Below, in pieces: positions 62,168-64,000 of a stretch of 64,000 nt of DNA (position 1 is its first letter; each line of letters opens with the position of its first letter). This DNA is from Podarcis bocagei (Eukaryota). Made by a program: the position numbers and the translations under genes. The DNA lies in NCBI GenBank assembly GCA_964188305.1, contig OZ076887.1. One strand, written 5' to 3'. Under the pieces are notes generated by a model. That model saw only the letters and a list, made by a program, of their open reading frames with translations, was not told the origin of the DNA and ran no database searches.

Positions 62168-62610
62168 GGCTCCGAGAGGGCCGCAGCGAGGCCGGCCAGC
62201 GAGAGAGCCGAGGGGACGCTGGGTGGGCAGGCGGAGAGCCCCGCCGCTACCAGAGGCGCCCAGGAGGCGGCGGAGGAGGCGGCGGCGAAGGGCGCCCCAT
62301 GGTGGCCCCTCCCCGCCGGGGACGCGGAGGGAACAGCCCGGCTCCGATCAGCACCACCGAGCGCTGGACAGCTCCGAGGCGCACTCTGGCGCCGCCTCCT
62401 CCGAGCCTCCGCCCGCGCGCGGAAGGCGGAGGGCGACCCGAGGAAAGCTCCGCCCAGCGGCCGTCGATCCCGGCTCCTGCTTTCTCCGCTACGCCGTATG
62501 TTTCACGTCCGAAGGCGGAATTGTTTGGAGGTGCGGGTCTGCTTATGCGCGAGAGCCGGCCGGGTATAAACGGCAAGTGGGATTGGCTGCTCGCGAATCA
62601 TGCGCTTTGG
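61340..62610 (-). promoter_or_regulatory. LRP11: LRP11 CpG island / promoter
   Basis: Very GC/CpG-rich region covering exon 1. CCAAT box (gattggct) at 62581-62588. Confidence 0.75.
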
Positions 62611-63604
62611 TGCTTAATCTGCCCTGTTCCAAATGGATCGCTGGCTTTATGCACGCAACAAGTTGGCATGCTTCCAAAGGAGAACAAACCGAGTCTCCAA
62701 AAACCTTCCAAAACTGCATCAAGCAGTATTTGATTTATTAATTTTATGTTTAACCAACCTTGCATCCACAAATGCTAAGGGTAGTACAGAACACAATGTA
62801 AACATAGGACAGAACACCTATAAGCACCTCTTACGACAAATGGAATCAATGGGCTCATGGGCGTAGCCAGGATTTTTGTTAGGGGGGCAGGACTTTGTTA
62901 GAGGGGGCAGAACCAACGTGATTGGTCAGTTAGTTAAGAATTTCTATTGTTTTACTTGATGGGGGGGCAGTTGCTCCCCTCTGTCCCTCCTTGGCTTTAA
63001 AGTATAGGAAGAAATTCCTCACTCTATAATTAATTCACCGCCAGCTGTCTTAATACTCGCCCTATGTTGTACTCTTGGTCATTTGTAACTGAGGATGAGA
63101 TAGTTAGAGTTATGGGACTCAAGTCTGCAAGCAGGATCCCTAGGTAAGAAGAGAATGGAAATGCCAGTGGTCCATCCTCTACAAATCATTTTGACTATCC
63201 AAAAGGCCTGTGCATTGATGGAATGGATGGCCTTATTCTTTCACTCTGCACTTTAACTCCTTTTATAATGTAGTGGAACGCTCAATTATGTGAATTTTGT
63301 GAATTGGCATTAAAAAAAATTAAACTTTTATCCGAGTTAGTCCATACTTCTCTTAGAAGAGGGAAAACAGCATCTGAATTTATACATGTGATAGAAGTTT
63401 ATTAGACTAAACAAGCAATTTTAAAACATTTCTGAATGATACAGAGCAATAAACCTCTGAAGGTAGCCATCAGTGCTTCTTTCCTTTCATGCATCTCTTC
63501 CATTTACTGTAGTTCAAAATAATCTATCAAGAAGCCAAATGCCCATCTGGCTCTTTCCCCCTTGCAATACTTGACAATAGCAACAGCGAAGAACACAGAG
63601 AAGA

Positions 63605-64000
63605 TCTTCTTCTTTAGCAATCACTCGTAGCCAAGTAAGATTGTCTTCCATGAACATAGTCTTAACAGTGAGTCTGTAAGTGACTGTGGAGGCCAATTCT
63701 GGATCCACATGTCCTTCCACAGTGGGGACATAGGTTTTTGGGAGGGAGTTGATCACGGTGAGGGTTTTCCAAATGTGCTTGTTTCTCCTTTTAGCCCTGA
63801 GTTTGTGCTTCTTTAAAGTCCATGACACCTTTGGTAAAGGTTGTTCTCCAACTGGAGCGCTCACAGGCCAGTATTTCCCAGTTATCAGTGCTTATACTAC
63901 ATTTCTAAAGATTTGACTTGAGAGCATCTTTAAACCTCTTTTGTTGTCCACCAGTATTTCACTTTCCATTCTTAAGATGGGAATAGAGTAGTTGCTTTGG
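63605..64000 (-). mobile_element. RTE-clade LINE 3' end, degraded
   Basis: Minus frame PKQLLYSHLKNGK*NTGGQQKRFKDALKSNL*...WEILACERSSWR...CPHCGRTCGSRIGLHSHLQTHC* (stop at 63662-63664), followed by a short UTR and (AAG)n tail. Confidence 0.85.

Noticed and set aside
61384-62741. Long ORFs (374, 318, 156, 144 aa and others) around LRP11 exon 1
   Set aside because: Antisense or alternative frames in a very GC-rich CpG island, low complexity, no recognisable domain.
63514-63864. 116-aa ORF as a new gene
   Set aside because: It is a shifted frame of a degraded RTE LINE.

Overview
Vertebrate genomic DNA, most likely from a squamate and probably a lacertid-type lizard (judged from Sauria SINEs, a Squam3-like SINE, and L2/RTE/Penelope repeats). 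It carries the conserved amniote block LATS1(-) / NUP43(-) / PCMT1(+) / LRP11(-). I reconstructed the spliced CDSs by hand from GT-AG boundaries. LATS1 is partial: coding exons 2-6 are present and the 3' exons lie beyond the left edge. NUP43 (372 aa), PCMT1 (227 aa plus alternative ends) and LRP11 (531 aa) are complete. Each gene has a CpG-island promoter. Introns contain many TA-flanked Tc1/mariner-type and 8-bp-TSD hAT MITEs, SINEs, LINE fragments and a solo LTR. Most notable findings: (1) an intact, in-phase Kunitz protease-inhibitor exon inside LRP11, which mammalian LRP11 lacks and which gives a HAI-1/SPINT1-like architecture; (2) an in-frame hydrophobic N-terminal extension of PCMT1 plus an alternative C-terminus reading RDEM instead of RDEL; (3) minimal hammerhead-ribozyme motifs in Penelope-derived repeats, one of them in sense orientation in PCMT1 intron 3; (4) a young MITE carrying a 118-bp tandem array built from two long hairpins. 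Comparisons with human genes are from memory and were not computed.
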